From: Podarcis pityusensis
Taxonomy: Eukaryota
NCBI GenBank assembly: GCA_964106645.2
Contig: OZ067043.1
Length of the DNA: 64,000 bases
Direction: 5' to 3' (one strand)
The translations under genes were made by a program, and so were the position numbers. The notes beneath the pieces were generated by a model, which saw nothing but the letters and a program-made list of their open reading frames with translations, searched no databases and was not told where the DNA came from. Below, piece after piece: positions 41,160 to 52,607 of the stretch (position 1 is its first letter; each line of letters opens with the position of its first letter).

Positions 41160-41648
41160 ATGAAAATAATACTAGTATTACTCTTCGTAATTTCTCTAGT
41201 TGCTGCAACAAGAATAGATGGAGATGAGTTTTCCTTTGTACCAGAATCTCCTGAGCCAAGGTTTGCTATGTTACATGATGTGCAATTACTAGCCAACGGG
41301 CTGCTCCAGCTTGGGCGTGGCCTTAAAGACTTTGCCATCAAGACCAAAGGCCAGATGGATGACATCTTTCAGAAACTTCACCTTTTTGACCAATCTTTTA
41401 ATGAGATCTCAAAACAAGCCAATGAGATAAAAGAAGACGAGGAACAGCTAAAAAACACTACTTCTATGTTGCAAGTCAATAACGAAGAGATAAGGAACAT
41501 CTCTGTGGAGCTGAATTCCAAGATAGAAATACTTTCACGGGAGAAGATTCAACTTCAGGATAAAGTAGGGAAGCTGGAAGAAAAAATAACCAAATTGTTT
41601 CAGACCCAGATTGAAAATCAGGAGCCCGAAGAAATTGCAGCACTTAAA
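41160..41648 (+). CDS. ANGPTL3: ANGPTL3 coding exon 1 (signal peptide, SE1 motif, coiled coil; 489 nt)
   Basis: MKIILVLLF...RFAMLHDVQLLANGLLQLGRGLKDF...IAALK|gtaagt. Confidence 0.97.
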
Positions 41649-43659
41649 GTAAGTAGCAGGTATGGAATAGATTTAATATTTCCAAAGTTACCTGAAATGG
41701 TTTCCATGCTACTAATGGAATCCAAAGCTCCAAAGTCAATTATGACCTTGTTGCACTAATATCAGTGATGTAAAATATACTTTACCTAGTGGCTGTTTCA
41801 TACAGTTTTGCTTTGTTTCCAGTGATAAGTAAAATTAAGATGCTAAAATGTTTTTAAAAATTAAGATGCTAAATTAGATCACTCTTCGGGGAAGGAATAG
41901 CCAAAAATTCCTTTGCAAATCAAGTCAATTTGTGTTCAAGTACAAGTGTATTGGAAAGTACAGTACAGTATAGGAAAATGTTCTGATACCTTAGAGCAGT
42001 ACTCTCCAGATGTTGCTAGACATCACCTTGACTACTGGCTATGCTTGCTGGGGCTAATGGCAGTTAGGAGACCAACAATATCTGCAGGCACCATGTTGGA
42101 TACCCCTGCTATGATGATAATAATTTTATTATTTATACCCCGCCCATCTGGCTGGGTTTTCCAGTGCAAACATTTTCCAGTGCAAACTGCCCTTGTTTAT
42201 GCACAGGAATGTTTTCCACTTCAAACATTTCCAGGAAAGCCACATCACTGCATTTTGAGGAATGAAATGAACGTAGTTATCAAGAAAGCAACAACTGGTT
42301 CTCTACTGTAAATTTGTTCCTAAATGTTTGTTGTGCATTTATGTAAAATGTATCCTGTGGTACAAGGATACTTCATGACTTTTTCTTCTTTAATTAGTTT
42401 TTTGGAGGATAGTTTTGGATCAACAGCAAACTGCACGGAATATCTAGGGAACTAAACAATGGCTCACGTATGCTCTGTGCTTTACCAAAAAGCAACCAGA
42501 ATGAGATGAATTATTTTAACAAAAGCCAGGGATGGTCAGTGTTCTAAACATGTAAGCCACATGCTTTTGCGCCTAGAATTTTTTTCCTGGACAGTCCATA
42601 AAGGAAGATAATCAGAGTACCCTGGGTGGCTGGAACCGCTTCCCTTTCATAACATAAGACTATGACATAGGAAAGCCTCATTTATTTTTAAATATTGTAC
42701 TTTTCACAGCTTGTCCTTACAAAATTTAAAACAGACTGCTGCTTTAAAAATAATAATTCCACAATCAACACAACGAGTAACTCAGCTGCAACTGATAATG
42801 TATCAACCAAGTGCCAAAAGCAACATCAGCAAAGCGGCAAAAGATCATGAAATAATTTAAGCAAAAAGCCTAGAAAAATGAAATGGTGTTCAGCTGCTGC
42901 CCAAACAATAAAAGCACAGGCACAAAGCATACATTTTGGGGGCAGGATGTCTCCAAGATATGGCAAAACTACTAAGAGCAGTTGCAGCAGGGCCTCTCTG
43001 ATGACAGTTCACTGAGTAACTTTGTACAAGATGGTCAGGTTTGTATGAGTTGTTGTTGTTGCTGAAGTAGAAGGAAATGGCTTATGAATTCAGCCAGGGG
43101 AAAGGAAATAGAAGACAATCAGGACTCAAAGGGTAGGAATGAATTAAGAGTTTCTCCATGATGGCCAGCAGTGGTGTACACACCAGTACGAGAAGGGTGC
43201 ATCAGGTGGATTCTCAAAGACTGAACTCCTTAAACTTCCCTTTGGATATCAAAGGTCCTTTCCAGCAAAATGACTGCTTTTTTAGGGGGTGAGATGGGGT
43301 GGGATGCCAAAACAGATAATAAAAGCAAGTCCCAGACAGCAGCTTTGCTTCAGTTCCAAGAAACCAGCTCTTAATCCATTGCTTTTTTAGGGCAGAGTAC
43401 AGGATCCATAGATTATGAAGCAAAACAGGATTGTTGCATGATTTGACTATACAAAACCATCCCTCCAAATAAGACTGAGGATATACCTTCTACTTCTGTT
43501 TAGCATGCTAAGACAACAGCCTTTGGTGAAATTGGCTTGCACTGAGAGGTGCCCTTCTCCTAGCAGAAAGCCTCCTGCAAGGACCCTAAATCCAAAGAAG
43601 CTCTTCTATCAGCAATATTTTACACAAAATCTCTTTTTGTAGCCTACTAGAGCACATAT

Positions 43660-44016
43660 GGGACGTGGGTGATACTGTGGTCTAAACCACAGAGCCCAGG
43701 GCTTGCAGAACAAAAGGTGGGCGGTTCGAATCCCCGCAACGGGGTGAGCTCCCATTGCTCGGTCCCAGCTCCTGCCCACCTAGCAGTTCAAAAGCACGTC
43801 AAGTGCAAGTAGATAAATAGGTACTGCTCCAGCGGGAAGGTAAACAGCGTTTCTGTGTGCTGCTCTGGTTCGCCAGAAGCGGCTTAGTCATGCCGGCCAC
43901 ATGACCCAGAAGCTGTCTGTGAACAAATGCCGGCTCCCTCGGCCTACAGAGCGAGATGAGCGCACAACCCCAGAGTCGTCTGCGATGGGCCTAACGGTCA
44001 GGGGTACCTTTACCTT
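43660..44016 (+). mobile_element. Full-length Sauria SINE (lacertid type) in ANGPTL3 intron 1
   Basis: tRNA-like head with GGTTCGAATCC B box, (ACCTTT)n tail, 12-bp TSD TAGAGCACATAT at 43648-43659 and 44017-44028. Confidence 0.9.
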
Positions 44017-44404
44017 TAGAGCACATATACTACAAATCCAAATCAGGGGTGGAAAACCTGCAACCCTTCAGATGTTGGTGAACTTACTCACCAACCGCTT
44101 TGAGGGTTTTTTCTACAATAAAGCAGTATTTACATTTTATGAAATAAACTCGCAACATCCCTCAGCCACAGCCAGCATGGCTGGTGCAAGTTGTAGTCCA
44201 CCAAAATCTGGAAGGCCACAAATTCCCTATCCCTGGCCTAGATCCTCTGTACTCTGCATATTTCTCATGCTGTAAAACACTGACTCCACACTGAAATACA
44301 TCAGCCAGAGCTTGATCAAGAGTTCATGGACCTGCACTATTAAATTTTTTCCTTCTGCTTCATGGTCCTTTGAAACCAAGCCACTGTTTATGCTCTCCCT
44401 GCAG

Positions 44405-44515
44405 AACTTCGTGGAGCAGCAGGACAACCACCTCAGATCCCTTCTCAAAAGAGTTCAAGCGCAGCATGTTCAACTTGGCAAACAACAAGAACAAATAGAA
44501 GACCTGGAAGAGAAG
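44405..44515 (+). CDS. ANGPTL3: ANGPTL3 exon 2 (111 nt)
   Basis: cag|NFVEQQD...DLEEK|gtaaca. Confidence 0.95.
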
Positions 44516-45129
44516 GTAACATTGCTGCTTTACCAATGTCCTCCTCCAAATCAGGGCAGTCTTTTCAGGGATATCAGGTGATTTTTGAGACAGCTGGGAA
44601 CTGAGGTAAAGAGGTAAAGGGTGCGGAAATGGGGAGAAATAAAGAACTGATGGGAAAAGTACAAACTACTGAATAAATAGCAAAGTGTACAGGGAATAAC
44701 TCATCTTACACGATGATTTAATAATTTCAATACATTTCCATCATGCTCTAAGATAATTTGTGGACACTATGTGTCTTCACTGTGTATTCCCAATGTAGCT
44801 CCAGGATTGGAATGGAAAAATAACATTTCCTTGTTGTATTTCAACTTGAAAAATTCCGAAAATACTTCTTTCAGCTAACGATCTTTACCACTCTTGAGGT
44901 AAAAGAAATTGGGCATGCCCCACACATGACTGTAGAACGGTATTGGGGAGGGGAAATGCTTCATTCTCAGGAATTCTCTTGTAAAGATAAGAGGTCTCTA
45001 CCATCAGTAAACCACTTCTCCCCATTCTGTTATCTCAATATACCTGGGCTCCAAAGTGTCAGTAGATGAATGACAAATTTTACTAACAAAAAACAGACTA
45101 ATAATAATAATAATTCTCTGTCTCCCCAG

Positions 45130-45241
45130 CTAAGCGGCCCTGGTTTTCAAGACAACACACAGACTTTATTCCCCTTGAGAGAAGAAAATGAAACAGGGCA
45201 AACTGAACTTAATACAACAGCTAAAGTTCAAGATTACAAAG
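45130..45241 (+). CDS. ANGPTL3: ANGPTL3 exon 3, linker (112 nt)
   Basis: ctgtctccccag|LSGPGFQD...QDYK G|gtaact; divergent sequence, but its phase 0/1 joins exons 2 and 4. Confidence 0.88.
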
Positions 45242-46226
45242 GTAACTGCCCCTGTGGAAGAAGAAGAAACAAGTAATCCTTGTGTACACTGTCATCTGTG
45301 AATACTGTTCTAGTATACATTTTTCTACGAGTATACATCTTTGAACACCACACTGTTAAATTCTCTTTATTACTGTTGTTGGAAAAACAAGTGTGGCCTT
45401 CCACAACATGTTGCAGTGTATCTTCCTTCCAAAAAAGGAAAGCTCCTATTTAGGCTTCCAGTCATCCATTCCCTACAAGTAGGACATTCTACTCTATGTC
45501 CTTCCCACTCCCTGCTCAATTATTTTTTCTACTGTCACTGTTCATTCTGTTGTTAACGAACATGTTCATTTGGCTGTTTTGATGGAGTTTGTCCATTTAG
45601 GGTTGTTTTCTTTTTAAAAGCTTATTTCTGCAAGCCGCAAGTTTTCCCCAAGCATGCCAATACTTCCTTCTCGTTTCTCAGCGGCCATTTTGGCTACCAT
45701 TTTGTCTGCGCTACCAACTGGATGGGATAATGTGACATATTAAAAATAATAACAATCTAAAGAAGAATGGGAACCCTTTACAAAGTACTTAAAGAAACAA
45801 CAAAATGAACTGGACTCCTTGGCAGGTTTTGAATAAACATTCACAAACCTTTACTTGGTAATATATAGATAGATAAATAAATAAAGGATATTTACAATTT
45901 TATAACATGAAGAGAATAACCTGTGCTGAAAAATCAGAGAGAGGAGCTGAGGGAAGTCCGGGTGTGTGTGTGTTCCTTTTTGGGGAGGGGGGAGGGGGAA
46001 AATGGGAGTGGTGAATGAGGATAAAATGTTATGTTGAAATTCCTAATAAAAATATTCAAAAATTTTTTTTTAAAAAACAATCAAAGGAATGATTCACAGC
46101 ATTCTTTACTACAATATCATCACCCAAGTCCCTGCCACAATACTGAGTGCATTTCAGTGTGCCTTAAACTCACCCCGCAGGACTTTAGTCATACATTTGT
46201 AACTTTTAAAATCTTGTTGTTCTTAG

Positions 46227-46340
46227 GAAATGCTACTGATTGCATGTGGATATACAGCAGAGGTGAAAGATCTAGTGGCATTTATTCTATTAAGCCCAGA
46301 GGATCTGAGCCTTTTAATGTCTACTGTGAAATCAAAGCAG
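46227..46340 (+). CDS. ANGPTL3: ANGPTL3 exon 4, fibrinogen-like domain start (114 nt)
   Basis: tag|(G)NATDC...FNVYCEIKA|gtaagt. Confidence 0.95.
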
Positions 46341-46867
46341 GTAAGTCCAGCTACACCAGGGACCATCTAATTCTCCTGCTAAAAATCGTTATGGACTTCA
46401 TTTTCTGCCCTGAATGATGTTAAGTGTTCCATTAGGGAAACATAGGAAGTTACCGTATACTGAGTCAGGCCCATCTAGCTCAGTATCAGTTTAACTACAG
46501 TTGGTCAATAGTTAACTAGGATTACCAAATAAAAAAATGGTGCTGTCAGTAGGATCAATTATTTATGTTCCAACTGGGTCAGATGAGGATGCCACGACAG
46601 AATAATCATCACAACTAAACCTCTTCCAGCAGTGGACAAGTGGCATAGACAACTTTCACACCCATGCATGAAATTCCCATGGGAGTGAATTCAATGAATT
46701 TTTTCTATATTTAACTGCATTAAAAAGCATTCATGGGAGGCACAATATGGACTGAGCCTATGTTTGCTGCAGTCCAAAACTAGGGGGGAGGGCAATAAAG
46801 CAGGTAATATTTATAGTTTATAGTTTATAGTTTATAGGTAAGTTTATTTATCTTTTTTCATACACAG

Positions 46868-46963
46868 AAAGTGCATGGACAGTTATTCAAAACAGATCTG
46901 ATGGATCACTAGATTTCAACCAAACCTGGGAGAACTATATTCATGGATTTGGCAACCTGGATG
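46868..46963 (+). CDS. ANGPTL3: ANGPTL3 exon 5 (96 nt)
   Basis: Translated by hand: SAWTVIQNRSDGSLDFNQTWENYIHGFGNLD; cag/gtaaat. Confidence 0.95.
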
Positions 46964-49900
46964 GTAAATACATTCTCTTACATTTCCCTAAATAATTGAA
47001 GTATTTTTATGTGCTAAAATAGTAGTTGACTGTGTTTTATGTAAACATCAACACGTTAAAGTAAGTGAAAAACACCTTTGGGAAAATAAGGGATGATTCA
47101 CATTTGCATGTTTTAAACAGGTTAGCTTTCTTCACCCCCATTCTTTTGATCTGAATTGGTGCACAGTGAACAGCTTGAGATTCAATCGACCCTTGCACTA
47201 ACCCACAGAGCATCAAAGGCAGGGTGCCCCTCTAAAGACCAGTTTGCTAAAAGCACATGCAAGATGGGTTAACAGAAAAGAAGTTAATCAGAATGAATAA
47301 CCTGTCAAAACTGGGTTTTATGGATAGATTCTAATATACCTACCACTCAGATGTTTAAAATACATACACAATGTAGATTAAGAAAAATATACCCTGCACT
47401 TCAGATACATATCCACCTTCATGTTTACATGTACAGAACATTTTTGCTTAGGGCTTAAAACCGTTGACTAAGTCTATCAGGCATTTGACTGATGCAGATG
47501 ACCTGTACAACACCAAATTGAGATGTACAGTTCATGTGGATGAATCCAAGAATTTAGTTGATTTATGTACTGCTTGGCAATCCCAATCACTACCTTCTTC
47601 TATCCTGCCCTCACCCCACTATAACCATGTAATACAAGGAGAATCTTGCATGGCAACAGCTGCAGTTCCATGCAATGCAAGATAGGCAGGGCTCAACCTG
47701 ACCATTTCACAGAATCACTCTCTTCAGTTTTCACAATTTACTGCACCCTTTTGCAGGCACAAGACTCCCCTCTGTGTTTTTAGTGTGAAGCTTTTCCCTG
47801 GCACTGGCAAAGCAGCACTGGCAGCTGCTGTGCTATTATCAAGAGGTAGTGCCTGCTTATGTTACTTCAAAAACTTTCCAAGTTGAGTGAGGAAGTATGT
47901 AAGGAGGCACTTTCTAGGTGTCTAAAATACAGTACTAAAGTACTAAAGATCTGTAAACATAGCAATGCAGACAAAAAGATATTTCTATTATCTCAATGTT
48001 TTTTGCGGAAAATATTGGACCAAATGAGGCCAGAAAATACTCAAGAAACTTTACAGCATATTAGAATTAAACTTCATAATATACAGTAGAAAAGTTGCCA
48101 TGTGGTGACTGATACAACAGGCGGTTTTCATGCATATCACACAGTGAATAGCACTGGGTCAACATAAAGCTCAATGGGTTTCCGCTGAAACAAAATCCTG
48201 GTTTCTAAACTTAACCAGCCAATCGTCCCATCAGAGGACCAGGCAGAAAGAAACCACCCTTATTTGCACTGGTTAATCATCCACTTGGGACACCAAGGTG
48301 CAGGCTAACAGACACATCATCCAGCACACTTTGCTAAAGGTATGTTCCAAGCTGCTTCTACAGAGGTGCTAAAGGGGGGCAAGAATTGAAGTGGCAACCC
48401 TGTTTGGCCACCTGGACAGGGAGCAACATATATTAGCAATTATCCTGAAATCACTTAGTGAAGTCCTGAAATATTTTGGTCCATAAGTAGTTTGATTGGC
48501 TTCATTATCATTACTCGCAAAACCATAATTTCAAGACTGCAAAGTCAATTTTATACACCTGGAGCTGGACTAAACTAACCTGGTGCACTAGTGGAAGCCA
48601 GTGAAAGAACTCATGGTGCAATGGGCCTCCTCCTCCTCCTCAATCTGCTCTGGGGGGTCAGGAGAAGTCCCAGAATAGTGTGCAAGCAGAGGAGAGGGGA
48701 GATTCTGCCTGGAATGCAGAAATGTTTACACTTACAGAACAGTTGTAATAGCATGGTCTTCAATTCCACCCCTAGCATCTAGGGATGTCTCAAAACATCT
48801 ATTCTTCTATTACTTACATGAAGTTAAATAATACAGTCAAATCACTGGCCCATCCAGCAATGGCTCTCCAAGATCTCAGGCAAAGAGCCATTTCCTATTA
48901 TTGCCATCCAAGATCCTTGTTACTAAAAACTCCTGGGGACTGAACTCAGGATGTTAGAGATGCTAAGGAAATGCTGTTATCAGTAAATTATGGGCTTTTC
49001 TAGCTGTTATTTGCTATGTAGAGCAGACATGTCTAACATCAAAGACTCTCTTCTTAAACCAGAGTGCTATTGGATTCCGACCAAATGTTACTGGATTCCA
49101 ACTCCCATCAGTCCCAGACATCATCCAGCAACATCTGGAGGGCCAGGGGTTTCCCACCCCTGCCCTAAAATTCATTACATAGAAAATATTTCCACAAAAT
49201 GTGGCCCACCAAGAGTTTGATGGTTTGCAGTTCACTTGAACTCATGGACAGTTTGTTCCAAAGAGAGGTAGGGGAAATCCAAATAAATTTAGCATGTGCG
49301 ACACTGCAAAAATGTCTGAACAATCACAAGGTCTTCTTAAGGAAAAACTTCACATGTAGATTAGCTCAAAAAGTCGTTAAGTGCCATCTCCCCATTTCCT
49401 CCCAGCTGGGACCTGTGTTATATAATTCGCATTGAAGACACAAACAAGCCCTGTACAATTTCATTTCCTCCTAATAGCTACAAATTGTTTTGGCATTCCC
49501 ATAGCTTGTTACAGGTATTTTCAGTCCTCCTTATATTAATTGGAAACTATGGTAGCTCCATTTATGACATGAGATTGGATTGTCTATGGTGTATGAAAGT
49601 CCCCACAACAATATTGTTCTCAATATGATATTTTGCATTTTTTGTTTTTACATTAATGGTCTTCATTAAAAAATACTGCCCCCTACATAAAGCTCAAGCA
49701 CCTGGTTCACATGACACAGGAAGCCAAGCTGTGGTTCAAGAGTGAATCTTCCTTTAAAAAAAAAAAAGAGTTCATAAGGTGAAGTTTTCAAAACTTTTGA
49801 AATCAGAGCTTTAAGAAACGCTGACTTGGGGAGAAAGTTGATAATACTTTCCCACAGCAGCAAAATCAAAGTTGAAACTGAAATTTCATCATTACATTGT

Positions 49901-50621
49901 ATAAAGTTTGCCTGGTGGTGAAATCTGAAACATAAATGCAAAATCACATGTTTGTTTTAAAAGGGTACATTTTATCTTTTCCACTATTTCTTGCTCAAAT
50001 GTCCTCTCATTTACCTTTGCCAATTTGGAATGACTCCACTGGCCCAACTTTAGTGAAAAAATGCCTTAATGTAGTTATTCTGGAAAAATGGTAGAAGAAA
50101 ATACAACTATTTTTTAAAAGTAGAATCCAATGTGCACTTACTTCTAAGAAAACATGCTTAGTTTTGCACTCCATGTAATTCACTTAGAATGTTCAATTTA
50201 AATGTGCTGTGGTAAATGACACTACCTAAATGCCTATTAAGAGTGCATTCCTTTCTCATGGCTGACACTCCATTTCCATAGCAATTAAATTTTATATATG
50301 CCACTCGGTTCACTTATCAGAGAGATTCATTCACACACTTTTGTTAAGTATGCCTTGCATTATCCCTGGCAGACTCTGGCAAGCTGCAAAGTTCCATTCC
50401 GTTCATATTTAGTTTTAGTTTCCTGTTTTAATTGATCATTAGTGCATAATCTAAAAGTTGTAAACAAAAAAGAGATATCTCCAAGAGAGATTATCTGAAA
50501 AGTTCAAGGGTTCCCAAGACTCAGGTTGTCTGCTTAATTAACCGAATTAGTAACTCTAACTTGCTTATGTCTTGCCATCAGCCTAACCTAATAGTTCAGT
50601 CTGTGCAATTTGTATTTTCAG

Positions 50622-50894
50622 GAGAATTTTGGCTGGGCCTACAAAAGATCTATTCCATTGTAAACCAAGGTGACCACATCCTGCGTATTGAGCTGGAAGA
50701 CTCAAGAGCTAACCAACGTTATATTGAATACACATTCACCATGGGAGGTTCAGAAACAGACTACACTGCTCTTCTCTCCAGGATTACTGGGAATATCCCT
50801 AATGTTCTGCCTGAACAGAAAGAAGTGAAGTTCTCTACAAAAGATCACAACAGCAACACTGAAAGAAAAGTCAACTGTCCAGAAAACAATTCAG
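50622..50894 (+). CDS. ANGPTL3: ANGPTL3 exon 6 (273 nt)
   Basis: GEFWLGL...FSTKDH...CPENNS; cag/gtagtc. Confidence 0.95.
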
Positions 50895-52393
50895 GTAGTC
50901 TTTTTTGTACAAGCTGCTGCTTTAGTTTTTCTCATAAATCGGGGGGGGGGGGGATACGTTGTGGAAGATATAGCTGCAACTTTGTCTACAAAACATATAT
51001 TCCCTGTTCTGAAAAATGAAGCATTAGGAACCAGAAGCAAATTCTGAAGAACAACTGGGTATGTTGGGTGAGGGACTGCACATCTGAGTGATCAATCATG
51101 TTTAGAAACAAACTTATCTGCACTCAGAAAACTAGCATGTCATAGACACTATAACTTTTTTGCCTCAATATGGTATTTTATAAATGTATATTTAATATGG
51201 AGAAGTATCCAGTTGTGTAATTTTCCACATGCATTCTGTACTATCTTGGAAGGCTACATCTTATCAATCTCTGAACATGTGACTCACCTTCTAGTGCAGG
51301 GATGGATAACCTGTGGCCCTCCAGATGTTGGTGTAACTCCCATCCTCTCTATTGGCCATGCTGGCTGGGGCTGCTGGGTGTTGGAGACCAACAACATCTG
51401 CAGTGGCACAGGTTGCCCCATCCTTGCTCTAGTGTTTCTCTCCCATATATTTCTAGTCCCTAACTGAACGTCAGGCAGAACTTTAGGAAACAGAAATAGA
51501 ACTAAAAAGTGAAGTGATCTGGCAAAGATCTAAAAAGAGGGAGCATAGCACACAGGAATAACAAACTGGTGACATGATTTCCTGTAGAGCACCTCCAAGT
51601 AAATCCGCAAGAAGTGCTGGTATTCTATATACTTTCTCCTTAAACCGGGCAAAAACGTTATTCTGAAATTCCCTTTTCTGCCCCCTCCAATGTGGAAAAT
51701 TCAAATTTGCAGCATGAATCAGTAAGTTATTTTAATTCATTTGCAGTTCAATCCTATTTATTTTACTTCCTCTAATAAATGTAGATAACTATGAAACTGT
51801 ATAAAGTTCACCTCTGAGCGTCAGTTTTACAGAGAATGTAAGTGTTTGAGATAGATAGGAGTGCTGTGGGGGTTTTTAAATCTGACACTGGGTAATTAAG
51901 TTAAAATAGAATGAATTCTTTTTTAAAGAAGAGAGGTGGGGGTATGGGCCATTGTATGCAGAAGATACCCTGGCATTTCCAGGTAGAGATGAGTATATCT
52001 CCTACTGAAACGCTGGAGAGGCAATGCCAACGTAGACAACTCAGCATAGGGCAGCTTCCCATGTTCCTAGAGAGAGGGGTGGTGGACATTGAGGATTTGT
52101 GACCCAATCTGGCAGATGTTATGACAAGCTTCATAGAGGTACAGTTCTTCCTAGTTCCCTTCCCCCCGATAAGCAACTCCTCATACAAGGGAGCCAGCTA
52201 CTATTGATGCTACCAAGGATTTTGAGAAGTGACATCAAACATGGCATGAAAAGAAATGTCAGAAATCCTCCTCCACACATGGAAGCCACTTCTAGTGCCT
52301 AAAGGGGGGACTATGAACCACGCCCTTAGTCCTTATGATTGTACTACAGTGTTGTTGCTATCAATTAAATGGTGCTTATAATTTCATCTTCAG

Positions 52394-52578
52394 GTGGCTG
52401 GTGGCATACGGCATGTGAAGAAACAAACTTGAATGGAAAATATATCAAGTCAAGTTCAAGAGGAAAACTGGAACGGAAAAAGAGAGTGCTCTATTGGAAG
52501 CCTCAGAAAGGAAGGCCCTATTTTATCAAATCAACCAAACTGATGATACATTCTACAGATTTTGAAAATTTTGACTGA
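52394..52578 (+). CDS. ANGPTL3: ANGPTL3 exon 7, coding part to TGA (185 nt)
   Basis: GGWWHTACEETNLNGKY...STDFENFD*; total CDS 1380 nt = 459 aa. Confidence 0.95.
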
Positions 52579-52601
52579 GCATCACCATTTGGAGTCTATC
52601 T

Positions 52602-52607
52602 AATAAA
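52602..52607 (+). terminator. Candidate ANGPTL3 polyadenylation signal AATAAA (alternatives at 53274-53284)
   Basis: Canonical hexamer 23 nt after the stop codon. Confidence 0.45.

Noticed and set aside
41649-41759. C-terminal tail of the 199-aa ORF (VSSRYG...TLLH)
   Set aside because: Read-through into ANGPTL3 intron 1 past a consensus gtaagt donor.
46810-46843. (TTTATAG)4 followed by GTAAGT near ANGPTL3 exon 5, resembling a recursive site or microexon
   Set aside because: It would leave only a 30-nt intron to the real acceptor, too short to splice.
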